From Gordius albopunctatus (Eukaryota), in contig OZ193909.1 of NCBI GenBank assembly GCA_964276515.1, positions 10,230,001 to 10,294,000 of the forward strand: DNA of 64,000 bases, given 5' to 3'. Of this stretch, positions 1 through 13,700 are shown one piece after another; position 1 is the first letter of the stretch; each line of letters begins with the position of its first letter. A model generated the notes under the pieces. It was given only the letters and a program-made list of their open reading frames with translations. It ran no database searches and was not told the origin of the DNA. The position numbers were made by a program, and so were the translations under genes.

Positions 1-344
1 TCGACTCCTTATAAGAAGTTTTAAGCTGCGAGAACTATCATTTTGAGGAAAGACAACGTTATATTGTTGCGATTATTTTGTTTCATCGCGACGAGAGTGC
101 TGAATTTTTGAAACATGCTATATGCGATGATTATTTCAAAGTAATAGTTATCTAATTATGATAAATTTTTACTTCTTATCATGAAAATCACGTCTGAAAA
201 TAACAAATTTCATCGGATGAATATGGTTTAATGGAAATAATTTTAAATATTTTGAGCTGAAAAATATATTTTTTGTTATTTTGTGTAAAAGAGCTTGAAA
301 AAATATATAAAAGTATGCTAATTTGAGATTCCTATTAATCTCGA
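1..344 (+). repeat. Representative monomer (phase arbitrary, set by window start)
   Basis: 1-344 is followed directly by a near-identical copy at 345. The first 130 bp are ~36% GC and CpG-rich; 221-310 is ~17% GC and rich in A/T tracts. Confidence 0.97.
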
Positions 345-744
345 TCGACTCCTTATAATAAGTTTTAAGCTGCGAGAACTATTATTTTGAGGAAAGACAA
401 CGTTATATTGTTGCAATTAGTTTGTTTCATCGCGACGAGAGTGCTGAATTTTTGAAACATGCTATATGCGATGATTATTTCAAAGTAATAGTTATCTAAT
501 TGTGATAAATTTTTACTTCTTATCATGAAAATCACGTCTGAAAATAACAACTTTCATCTGATGAATATGGTTTAATGGAAACAATTTTAAATATCTTTAG
601 CTAAAAAAATATTTTTTTTGTTATTTTATGTAAAAGAGCTCGAAAAAATATATAAAAGTAAGCTAATTTGAGATTCCTATTAATCTCGATCGACTCCTTA
701 TAAGAAGTTTTAAGCTGCGAGAACTATCATTTTGTTGAGAGACA

Positions 745-3700
745 ACGTTATATTGTTGCGATTAGTTTGTTTCATCGCGACGAGACTGCTGAATTTTTGA
801 AACATGCTATATGCGATGATTATTTCAAAGTAATAGTTATCTAATTGTGATAAATTTTTACTTCTTATCATGGAATACACGTGTGAAAATAACAACTTTC
901 ATCGGATCAATATGTGTTAATGGAAATAATTTTTAATATTTAGAGCTGAAAAATATATTTTTTGTTATTTTATGTAAAGGAGCTTGAAAAAATATATAAA
1001 AGTAAGCTAATTTGAGATTCCTATTAATCTCGATCGACTCCTTATAAGAAGTTTTAAGCTGCGAGAACTATCATTTTGAGGAAAGACAACGTTATATTGT
1101 TGCGATTATTTTGTTTCATCGCGACGAGAGTGCTGAATTTTTGAAACATGCTATATGCGATGATTATTTCAAAGTAATAGTTATCTAATTATGATAAATT
1201 TTTACTTCTTATCATGAAAATCACGTCTGAAAATAACAAATTTCATCGGATGAATATGGTTTAATGGAAATAATTTTAAATATTTTGAGCTGAAAAATAT
1301 ATTTTTTGTTATTTTGTGTAAAAGAGCTTGAAAAAATATATAAAAGTATGCTAATTTGAGATTCCTATTAATCTCGATCGACTCCTTATAATAAGTTTTA
1401 AGCTGCGAGAACTATTATTTTGAGGAAAGACAACGTTATATTGTTGCAATTAGTTTGTTTCATCGCGACGAGAGTGCTGAATTTTTGAAACATGCTATAT
1501 GCGATGATTATTTCAAAGTAATAGTTATCTAATTGTGATAAATTTTTACTTCTTATCATGAAAATCACGTCTGAAAATAACAACTTTCATCTGATGAATA
1601 TGGTTTAATGGAAACAATTTTAAATATCTTTAGCTAAAAAAATATTTTTTTTGTTATTTTATGTAAAAGAGCTCGAAAAAATATATAAAAGTAAGCTAAT
1701 TTGAGATTCCTATTAATCTCGATCGACTCCTTATAAGAAGTTTTAAGCTGCGAGAACTATCATTTTGTTGAGAGACAACGTTATATTGTTGCGATTAGTT
1801 TGTTTCATCGCGACGAGACTGCTGAATTTTTGAAACATGCTATATGCGATGATTATTTCAAAGTAATAGTTATCTAATTGTGATAAATTTTTACTTCTTA
1901 TCATGGAATACACGTCTGAAAATAACAACTTTCATCGGATCAATATGTGTTAATGGAAATAATTTTTAATATTTTGAGCTTAAAAATATATTTTTTGTTA
2001 TTTTATGTAAAAGAGCTTGAAAAAATATATAAAACTAAGCTAATTTGAGATTCCTATTAATCTCGATCGACTCCTTATAAGAAGTTTTAAGCTGCGAGAA
2101 CTATCATTTTGAGGAAAGACAACGTTATATTGTTGCGATTAGTTTGTTTCATCGCGACGAGACTGCTGAATTTTTGAAACATGCTATATGCGATGATTAT
2201 CTCAAAGTAATAGTTATCTAATTGTGATAAATTTTTACTTCTTATCATGGAATACACGTCTGAAAATAACAACTTTCATCGGATGAATATGGTTTAATGG
2301 AAACAATTTTAAATATTTTTAGCTAAAAAAATTTTTTTTTTGTTATTTTATGTAAAAGAGCTTGAAAAAATATAAAAAAGTAAGCTAATTTGAGATTCCT
2401 ATTAATCTCGATCGACTCCTTATAAGAAGTTTTAAGCTGCGAGAACTATCATTTTGTTGAGAGACAACGTTATATTGCTGCGATTAGTTTGTTTCATCGC
2501 GACGAGACTGCTGAATTTTTGAAACATGCTATATGCGATGATTATTTCAAAGTAATAGTTATCTAATTGTGATAAATTTTTACTTCTTATCATGAAAATC
2601 ACGTCTGAAAATAACAACTTTCATCGGATGAATATGGTTTAATGGAAATAATTTTAAATATTTTGAGCTGAAAAATATATTTTTTGTTATTTTATGTAAA
2701 AGAGCTTGAAAAAATATATAAAAGTAAGCTAATTTGAGATTCCTATTAATCTCGATCGACTCCTTATAAGAAGTTTTAAGCTGCGAGAACTATCATTTTG
2801 AGGAAAGACAACGTTATATTGTTGCGATTAATTTGTTTCATCGCGACGAGAGTGCTGAATTTTTGAAACATGCTATATGCGATGATTATTTCAAAGTAAT
2901 AGTTATCTAATTGTGATAAATTTTTACTTCTTATCATGGAATACACGTGTGAAAATAACAACTTTCATCGGATCAATATGTGTTAATGGAAATAATTTTT
3001 AATATTTAGAGCTGAAAAATATATTTTTTGTTATTTTATGTAAAGGAGCTTGAAAAAATATATAAAAGTAAGCTAATTTGAGATTCCTATTAATCTCGAT
3101 CGACTCCTTATAAGAAGTTTTAAGCTGCGAGAACTATCATTTTTAGGAAAGACAACGTTATATTGTTGCGATTATTTTGTTTCATCGCGACGAGAGTGCT
3201 GAATTTTTGAAACATGCTATATACGATGATTATTTCAAAGTAATAGTTATCTAATTATGATAAATTTTTACTTCTTATCATGAAAATCACGTCTGAAAAT
3301 AACAAATTTCATCGGATGAATATGGTTTAATGGAAATAATTTTAAATATTTTGAGCTGAAAAATATATTTTTTGTTATTTTGTGTAAAAGAGCTTGAAAA
3401 AATATATAAAAGTATGCTAATTTGAGATTCCTATTAATCTCGATCGACTCCTTATAATAAGTTTTAAGCTGCGAGAACTATTATTTTGAGGAAAGACAAC
3501 GTTATATTGTTGCAATTAGTTTGTTTCATCGCGACGAGAGTGCTGAATTTTTGAAACATGCTATATGCGATGATTATTTCAAAGTAATAGTTATCTAATT
3601 GTGATAAATTTTTACTTCTTATCATGAAAATCACGTCTGAAAATAACAACTTTCATCTGATGAATATGGTTTAATGGAAACAATTTTAAATATCTTTAGC

Positions 3701-6700
3701 TAAAAAAATATTTTTTTTGTTATTTTATGTAAAAGAGCTCGAAAAAATATATAAAAGTAAGCTAATTTGAGATTCCTATTAATCTCGATCGACTCCTTAT
3801 AAGAAGTTTTAAGCTGCGAGAACTATCATTTTGTTGAGAGACAACGTTATATTGTTGCGATTAGTTTGTTTCATCGCGACGAGACTGCTGAATTTTTGAA
3901 ACATGCTATATGCGATGATTATTTCAAAGTAATAGTTATCTAATTGTGATAAATTTTTACTTCTTATCATGGAATACACGTCTGAAAATAACAACTTTCA
4001 TCGGATCAATATGTGTTAATGGAAATAATTTTTAATATTTTGAGCTGAAAAATATATTTTTTGTTATTTTATGTAAAAGAGCTTGAAAAAATATATAAAA
4101 GTAAGCTAGTTTGAGATTCCTATTAATCTCGATCGACTCCTTATAAGAAGTTTTAAGCTGCGAGAACTATCATTTTGAGGAAAGACAACGTTATATTGTT
4201 GCGATTATCATCGCGACGAGAGTGCTGAATTTTTGAAACATACTATATGCGATGATTATTTCAAAGTAATAGTTATCTAATTGTGATAAATTTTTACTTC
4301 TTATCATGAAAATCACGTCTGAAAATAACAAATTTCATCGGATGAATATGGTTTAATGGAAACAATTTTAAATATTTTTAGCTAAAAAAATATTTTTTTT
4401 TGTTATTTTATGTAAAAGAGCTTGAAAAAATATATAAAAGTAAGCTAATTTGAGATTCCTATTAATCTCGATCGACTCCTTATAAGAAGTTTTAAGCTGC
4501 GAGAACTATCATTTTGTTGAGAGACAACGTTATATTGTTGCGATTAGTTTGTTTCATCGCGACGAGACTGCTGAATTTTTGAAACATGCTATATGCGATG
4601 ATTATCTCAAAGTAATAGTTATCTAATTGTGATAAATTTTTACTTCTTATCATGGAATACACGTCTGAAATTAAAAACTTTCATCGGATGAATATGGTTT
4701 AATGGAAACAATTTTAAATATTTTTAGCTAAAAAAATATTTTTTTTGTTATTTTATGTAAAAGAGCTTGAAAAAATATAAAAAAGTAAGCTAATTTGAGA
4801 TTCCTATTAATCTCGATCGACTCCTTATAAGAAGTTTTAAGCTGCGAGAACTATCATTTTGTTGAGAGACAACGTTATATTGCTGCGATTAGTTTGTTTC
4901 ATCGCGACGAGACTGCTGAATTTTTGAAACATGCTATATGCGATGATTATTTCAAAGTAATAGTTATCTAATTGTGATAAATTTTTACTTCTTATCATGA
5001 AAATCACGTCTGAAAATAACAACTTTCATCGGATGAATATGGTTTAATGGAAATAATTTTAAATATTTTGAGCTGAAAAATATATTTTTTGTTATTTTAT
5101 GTAAAAGAGCTTGAAAAAATATATAAAAGTAAGCTAATTTGAGATTCCTATTAATCTCGATCGACTCCTTATAAGAAGTTTTAAGCTGCGAGAACTATCA
5201 TTTTGAGGAAAGACAACGTTATATTGTTGCGATTAGTTTGTTTCATCTCGACGAGAGTGCTGAATTTTTGAAACATGCTATATGCGATGATTATTTCAAA
5301 GTAATAGTTATCTAATTGTGATAAATTTTTACTTCTTATCATGAAAATCACGTCTGAAAATAACAACTTTCATCGGATGAATATGGTTTAATGGAAATAA
5401 TTTTAAATATTTTGAGAGAAAAATATATTTTTTGTTATTTTGTGTAAAAGAGCTTGAAAAAATATATAAAAGTAAGCTAATTTGAGATTCCTATTAATCT
5501 CGATCGACTCCTTATAAGAAGTTTTAAGCTGCGAGAACTATCATTTTGAGGAAAGACAACGTTATATTGTTGCGATTAGTTTGTTTCATCGCGACGAGAC
5601 TGCTGAATTTTTGAAACATGCTATATGCGATGATTATTTCAAAGTAATAGTTATCTAATTGTGATAAATTTTTACTTCTTATCATGGAATACACGTGTGA
5701 AAATAACAACTTTCATCGGATCAATATGTGTTAATGGAAATAATTTTTAATATTTAGAGCTGAAAAATATATTTTTTGTTATTTTATGTAAAGGAGCTTG
5801 AAAAAATATATAAAAGTAAGCTAATTTGAGATTCCTATTAATCTCGATCGACTCCTTATAAGAAGTTTTAAGCTGCGAGAACTATCATTTTGAGGAAAGA
5901 CAACGTTATATTGTTGCGATTATTTTGTTTCATCGCGACGAGAGTGCTGAATTTTTGAAACATGCTATATGCGATGATTATTTCAAAGTAATAGTTATCT
6001 AATTATGATAAATTTTTACTTCTTATCATGAAAATCACGTCTGAAAATAACAAATTTCATCGGATGAATATGGTTTAATGGAAATAATTTTAAATATTTT
6101 GAGCTGAAAAATATATTTTTTGTTATTTTGTGTAAAAGAGCTTGAAAAAATATATAAAAGTATGCTAATTTGAGATTCCTATTAATCTCGATCGACTCCT
6201 TATAATAAGTTTTAAGCTGCGAGAACTATTATTTTGAGGAAAGACAACGTTATATTGTTGCAATTAGTTTGTTTCATCGCGACGAGAGTGCTGAATTTTT
6301 GAAACATGCTATATGCGATGATTATTTCAAAGTAATAGTTATCTAATTGTGATAAATTTTTACTTCTTATCATGAAAATCACGTCTGAAAATAACAACTT
6401 TCATCTGATGAATATGGTTTAATGGAAACAATTTTAAATATCTTTAGCTAAAAAAATATTTTTTTTGTTATTTTATGTAAAAGAGCTCGAAAAAATATAT
6501 AAAAGTAAGCTAATTTGAGATTCCTATTAATCTCGATCGACTCCTTATAAGAAGTTTTAAGCTGCGAGAACTATCATTTTGTTGAGAGACAACGTTATAT
6601 TGTTGCGATTAGTTTGTTTCATCGCGACGAGACTGCTGAATTTTTGAAACATGCTATATGCGATGATTATTTCAAAGTAATAGTTATCTAATTGTGATAA

Positions 6701-9055
6701 ATTTTTACTTCTTATCATGGAATACACGTCTGAAAATAACAACTTTCATCGGATCAATATGTGTTAATGGAAATAATTTTTAATATTTTGAGCTTAAAAA
6801 TATATTTTTTGTTATTTTATGTAAAAGAGCTTGAAAAAATATATAAAACTAAGCTAATTTGAGATTCCTATTAATCTCGATCGACTCCTTATAAGAAGTT
6901 TTAAGCTGCGAGAACTATCATTTTGAGGAAAGACAACGTTATATTGTTGCGATTAGTTTGTTTCATCGCGACGAGACTGCTGAATTTTTGAAACATGCTA
7001 TATGCGATGATTATCTCAAAGTAATAGTTATCTAATTGTGATAAATTTTTACTTCTTATCATGGAATACACGTCTGAAAATAACAACTTTCATCGGATGA
7101 ATATGGTTTAATGGAAACAATTTTAAATATTTTTAGCTAAAAAAATTTTTTTTTTGTTATTTTATGTAAAAGAGCTTGAAAAAATATAAAAAAGTAAGCT
7201 AATTTGAGATTCCTATTAATCTCGATCGACTCCTTATAAGAAGTTTTAAGCTGCGAGAACTATCATTTTGTTGAGAGACAACGTTATATTGCTGCGATTA
7301 GTTTGTTTCATCGCGACGAGACTGCTGAATTTTTGAAACATGCTATATGCGATGATTATTTCAAAGTAATAGTTATCTAATTGTGATAAATTTTTACTTC
7401 TTATCATGAAAATCACGTCTGAAAATAACAACTTTCATCGGATGAATATGGTTTAATGGAAATAATTTTAAATATTTTGAGCTGAAAAATATATTTTTTG
7501 TTATTTTATGTAAAAGAGCTTGAAAAAATATATAAAAGTAAGCTAATTTGAGATTCCTATTAATCTCGATCGACTCCTTATAAGAAGTTTTAAGCTGCGA
7601 GAACTATCATTTTGAGGAAAGACAACGTTATATTGTTGCGATTAATTTGTTTCATCGCGACGAGAGTGCTGAATTTTTGAAACATGCTATATGCGATGAT
7701 TATTTCAAAGTAATAGTTATCTAATTGTGATAAATTTTTACTTCTTATCATGGAATACACGTGTGAAAATAACAACTTTCATCGGATCAATATGTGTTAA
7801 TGGAAATAATTTTTAATATTTAGAGCTGAAAAATATATTTTTTGTTATTTTATGTAAAGGAGCTTGAAAAAATATATAAAAGTAAGCTAATTTGAGATTC
7901 CTATTAATCTCGATCGACTCCTTATAAGAAGTTTTAAGCTGCGAGAACTATCATTTTTAGGAAAGACAACGTTATATTGTTGCGATTATTTTGTTTCATC
8001 GCGACGAGAGTGCTGAATTTTTGAAACATGCTATATACGATGATTATTTCAAAGTAATAGTTATCTAATTATGATAAATTTTTACTTCTTATCATGAAAA
8101 TCACGTCTGAAAATAACAAATTTCATCGGATGAATATGGTTTAATGGAAATAATTTTAAATATTTTGAGCTGAAAAATATATTTTTTGTTATTTTGTGTA
8201 AAAGAGCTTGAAAAAATATATAAAAGTATGCTAATTTGAGATTCCTATTAATCTCGATCGACTCCTTATAATAAGTTTTAAGCTGCGAGAACTATTATTT
8301 TGAGGAAAGACAACGTTATATTGTTGCAATTAGTTTGTTTCATCGCGACGAGAGTGCTGAATTTTTGAAACATGCTATATGCGATGATTATTTCAAAGTA
8401 ATAGTTATCTAATTGTGATAAATTTTTACTTCTTATCATGAAAATCACGTCTGAAAATAACAACTTTCATCTGATGAATATGGTTTAATGGAAACAATTT
8501 TAAATATCTTTAGCTAAAAAAATATTTTTTTTGTTATTTTATGTAAAAGAGCTCGAAAAAATATATAAAAGTAAGCTAATTTGAGATTCCTATTAATCTC
8601 GATCGACTCCTTATAAGAAGTTTTAAGCTGCGAGAACTATCATTTTGTTGAGAGACAACGTTATATTGTTGCGATTAGTTTGTTTCATCGCGACGAGACT
8701 GCTGAATTTTTGAAACATGCTATATGCGATGATTATTTCAAAGTAATAGTTATCTAATTGTGATAAATTTTTACTTCTTATCATGGAATACACGTCTGAA
8801 AATAACAACTTTCATCGGATCAATATGTGTTAATGGAAATAATTTTTAATATTTTGAGCTGAAAAATATATTTTTTGTTATTTTATGTAAAAGAGCTTGA
8901 AAAAATATATAAAAGTAAGCTAGTTTGAGATTCCTATTAATCTCGATCGACTCCTTATAAGAAGTTTTAAGCTGCGAGAACTATCATTTTGAGGAAAGAC
9001 AACGTTATATTGTTGCGATTATCATCGCGACGAGAGTGCTGAATTTTTGAAACAT
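745..9055. repeat. Higher-order duplication, 14-monomer offset (4814 bp): ~745-4240 repeated at ~5560-9055
   Basis: Matching ORF variants at 1398/6212, 1743/6557, 2087/6901, 2432/7246, 2776/7590, 3464/8278, 3809/8623. Rare alleles CTATATACGAT (~3223/8037) and GCTAGTTTG (~4109/8923) are shared. Confidence 0.85.
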
Positions 9056-10799
9056 GCTATATGCGATGATTATTTCAAAGTAATAGTTATCTAATTATGA
9101 TAAATTTTTACTTCTTATCATGAAAATCACGTCTGAAAATAACAACTTTCATCGGATGAATATGGTTTAATGGAAATAATTTTAAATATTTTGAGAGAAA
9201 AATATATTTTTTGTTATTTTGTGTAAAAGAGCTTGAAAAAATATATAAAAGTAAGCTAATTTGAGATTCCTATTAATCTCGATCGACTCCTTATAAGAAG
9301 TTTTAAGCTGCGAGAACTATCATTTTGAGGAAAGACAACGTTATATTGTTGCGATTATCATCGCGACGATAGTGCTGAATTTTTGAAACATGCTATATGC
9401 GATGATTATTTCAAAGTAATAGTTATCTAATTATGATAAATTTTTACTTCTTATCATGAAAATCACGTCTGAAAATAACAACTTTCATCGGATGAATATG
9501 GTTTAATGGAAATAATTTTAAATATTTTGAGCTGAAAAATATATTTTTTGTTATTTTGTGTAAAAGAGCTTAAAAAAATATATAAAAGTATGCTAATTTG
9601 AGATTCCTAGTAATCTCGATCGACTCCTTATAAGAAGTTTTAAGCTGCGAGAACTATCATTTTGAGGAAAGACAACGTTATATTGTTGCGATTAGTTTGT
9701 TTCATCGCGACAAGAGTGCTGAATTTTTGAAACATGCTATATGCGATGATTATTTCAAAGTAATAGTTATCTAATTGTGATAAATTTTTACTTCTTATCA
9801 TGAAAATCACGTCTGAAAATAACAACTTTCATCGGATGAATATGGTTTAATGGAAATAATTTTAAATATTTTGAGCTGAAAAATATATTTTTTGTTATTT
9901 TGTGTAAAAGAGCTTGAAAAAATATATAAAAGTATGCTAATTTGAGATTCATATTAATCTCAATCGACTCCTTATAATAAGTTTTAAGCTGCGAGAACTA
10001 TCATTTTGAGGAAAGACAACGTTATATTGTTGCGATTATCATCGCGACGAGAGTGCTGAATTTTTGAAACATACTATATGCGATGATTATTTCAAAGTAA
10101 TAGTTATCTAATTGTGATAAATTTTTACTTCTTATCATGAAAATCACGTCTGAAAATAACAACTTTCATCGGATGAATATGGTTTAATGGAAACAATTTT
10201 AAATATTTTTAGCTAAAAAAATATTTTTTTTGTTATTTTATGTAAAAGAGCTTGAAAAAATATATAAAAGTAAGCTAATTTGAGATTCCTATTAATCTCG
10301 ATCGACTCCTTATAAGAAGTTTTAAGCTGCGAGAACTATCATTTTGTTGAGAGACAACGTTATATTGTTGCGATTAGTTTGTTTCATCGCGACGAGACTG
10401 CTGAATTTTTGAAACATGCTATATGCGATGATTATCTCAAAGTAATAGTTATCTAATTGTGATAAATTTTTACTTCTTATCATGGAATACACGTCTGAAA
10501 ATAACAACTTTCATCGGATGAATATGGTTTAATGGAAACAATTTTAAATATTTTTAGCTAAAAAAATATTTTTTTTGTTATTTTATGTAAAAGAGCTTGA
10601 AAAAATATAAAAAAGTAAGCTAATTTGAGATTCCTATTAATCTCGATCGACTCCTTATAAGAAGTTTTAAGCTGCGAGAACTATCATTTTGTTGAGAGAC
10701 AACGTTATATTGCTGCGATTAGTTTGTTTCATCGCGACGAGACTGCTGAATTTTTGAAACATGCTATATGCGATGATTATTTCAAAGTAATAGTTATCT

Positions 10800-13700
10800 A
10801 ATTGTGATAAATTTTTACTTCTTATCATGAAAATCACGTCTGAAAATAACAACTTTCATCGGATGAATATGGTTTAATGGAAATAATTTTAAATATTTTG
10901 AGCTGAAAAATATATTTTTTGTTATTTTATGTAAAAGAGCTTGAAAAAATATATAAAAGTAAGCTAATTTGAGATTCCTATTAATCTCGATCGACTCCTT
11001 ATAAGAAGTTTTAAGCTGCGAGAACTATCATTTTGAGGAAAGACAACGTTATATTGTTGCGATTAGTTTGTTTCATCGCGACGAGAGTGCTGAATTTTTG
11101 AAACATGCTATATGCGATGATTATTTCAAAGTAATAGTTATCTAATTGTGATAAATTTTTACTTCTTATCATGAAAATCACGTCTGAAAATAACAACTTT
11201 CATCGGATGAATATGGTTTAATGGAAATAATTTTAAATATTTTGAGAGAAAAATATATTTTTTGTTATTTTGTGTAAAAGAGCTTGAAAAAATATATAAA
11301 AGTAAGCTAATTTGAGATTCCTATTAATCTCGATCGACTCCTTATAAGAAGTTTTAAGCTGCGAGAACTATCATTTTGAGGAAAGACAACGTTATATTGT
11401 TGCGATTATCATCGCGACGATAGTGCTGAATTTTTGAAACATGCTATATGCGATGATTATTTCAAAGTAATAGTTATCTAATTATGATAAATTTTTACTT
11501 CTTATCATGAAAATCACGTCTGAAAATAACAACTTTCATCGGATGAATATGGTTTAATGGAAATAATTTTAAATATTTTGAGCTGAAAAATATATTTTTT
11601 GTTATTTTGTGTAAAAGAGCTTGAAAAAATATATAAAAGTATGCTAATTTGAGATTCCTATTAATCTCGATCGACTCCTTATAATAAGTTTTAAGCTGCG
11701 AGAACTATTATTTTGAGGAAAGACAACGTTATATTGTTGCAATTAGTTTGTTTCATCGCGACGAGAGTGCTGAATTTTTGAAACATGCTATATGCGATGA
11801 TTATTTCAAAGTAATAGTTATCTAATTGTGATAAATTTTTACTTCTTATCATGAAAATCACGTCTGAAAATAACAACTTTCATCGGATGAATATGGTTTA
11901 ATGGAAACAATTTTAAATATTTTTAGCTAAAAAAATAATTTTTTTGTTATTTTATTTAAAAGAGCTTGAAAAAATATATAAAAGTAAGCTAATTTGAGAT
12001 TCCTATTAATCTCGATCGACTCCTTATAATAAGTTTTAAGCTGCGAGAACTATCATTTTGAGGAAAGACAACGTTATATTGTTGCGATTAATTTGTTTCA
12101 TCGCGACGAGAGTGCTGAATTTTTGAAACATGCTATATGCGATGATTATTTCAAAGTAATAGTTATCTAATTGTGATAAATTTTTACTTCTTATCATGAA
12201 AATCACGTCTGAAAATAACAACTTTCATCGGATGAATATGGTTTAATGGAAATAATTTTAAATATTTTGAGCTGAAAAATATATTTTTTGTTATTTTATG
12301 TAAAAGAGCTTGAAAAAATATATAAAAGTAAGCTAATTTGAGATTCCTATTAATCTCGATCGACTCCTTATAAGAAGTTTTAAGCTGCGAGAACTATCAT
12401 TTTGAGGAAAGACAACGTTATATTGTTGCGATTAGTTTGTTTCATCGCGACGAGAGTGCTGAATTTTTGAAACATGCTATATGCGATGATTATTTCAAAG
12501 TAATAGTTATCTAATTGTGATAAATTTTTACTTCTTATCATGAAAATCACGTCTGAAAATAACAACTTTCATCGGATGAATATGGTTTAATGGAAATAAT
12601 TTTAAATATTTTGAGAGAAAAATATATTTTTTGTTATTTTGTGTAAAAGAGCTTGAAAAAATATATAAAAGTAAGCTAATTTGAGATTCCTATTAATCTC
12701 GATCGACTCCTTATAAGAAGTTTTAAGCTGCGAGAACTATCATTTTGAGGAAAGACAACGTTATATTGTTGCGATTATCATCGCGACGATAGTGCTGAAT
12801 TTTTGAAACATGCTATATGCGATGATTATTTCAAAGTAATAGTTATCTAATTATGATAAATTTTTACTTCTTATCATGAAAATCACGTCTGAAAATAACA
12901 ACTTTCATCGGATGAATATGGTTTAATGGAAATAATTTTAAATATTTTGAGCTGAAAAATATATTTTTTGTTATTTTGTGTAAAAGAGCTTGAAAAAATA
13001 TATAAAAGTATGCTAATTTGAGATTCCTATTAATCTCGATCGACTCCTTATAATAAGTTTTAAGCTGCGAGAACTATTATTTTGAGGAAAGACAACGTTA
13101 TATTGTTGCAATTAGTTTGTTTCATCGCGACGAGAGTGCTGAATTTTTGAAACATGCTATATGCGATGATTATTTCAAAGTAATAGTTATCTAATTGTGA
13201 TAAATTTTTACTTCTTATCATGAAAATCACGTCTGAAAATAACAACTTTCATCTGATGAATATGGTTTAATGGAAACAATTTTAAATATTTTTAGCTAAA
13301 AAAATATTTTTTTTGTTATTTTATGTAAAAGAGCTTGAAAAAATATATAAAAGTAAGCTAATTTGAGATTCCTATTAATCTCGATCGACTCCTTATAAGA
13401 AGTTTTAAGCTGCGAGAACTATCATTTTGTTGAGAGACAACGTTATATTGTTGCGATTAGTTTGTTTCATCGCGACGAGACTGCTGAATTTTTGAAACAT
13501 GCTATATGCGATGATTATCTCAAAGTAATAGTTATCTAATTGTGATAAATTTTTACTTCTTATCATGGAATACACGTCTGAAATTAAAAACTTTCATCGG
13601 ATGAATATGGTTTAATGGAAACAATTTTAAATATTTTTAGCTAAAAAAATATTTTTTTTGTTATTTTATGTAAAAGAGCTTGAAAAAATATAAAAAAGTA

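Noticed and set aside
296..315. TATA-like or bacterial promoter-like motifs (TATATAAAAG, TTGAAA, TATAAT) in each monomer
   Set aside because: Expected by chance at ~73% AT, with no associated gene or transcript evidence.
1..344. Monomer as an ancient dimer of ~170-bp subunits
   Set aside because: Only short internal similarities at inconsistent offsets: ACTCCTTAT (4) vs ACTTCTTAT (171), TTTCATCG (81 vs 208), GCTGAA (99 vs 256). Not convincing in AT-rich DNA without a self-alignment test.
1..344. Tandem 5S rRNA, tRNA, snRNA units, or a MITE/Helitron-derived unit
   Set aside because: No recognisable RNA gene motifs, terminal inverted repeats or target-site duplications were seen. An Rfam/Dfam search could not be run.
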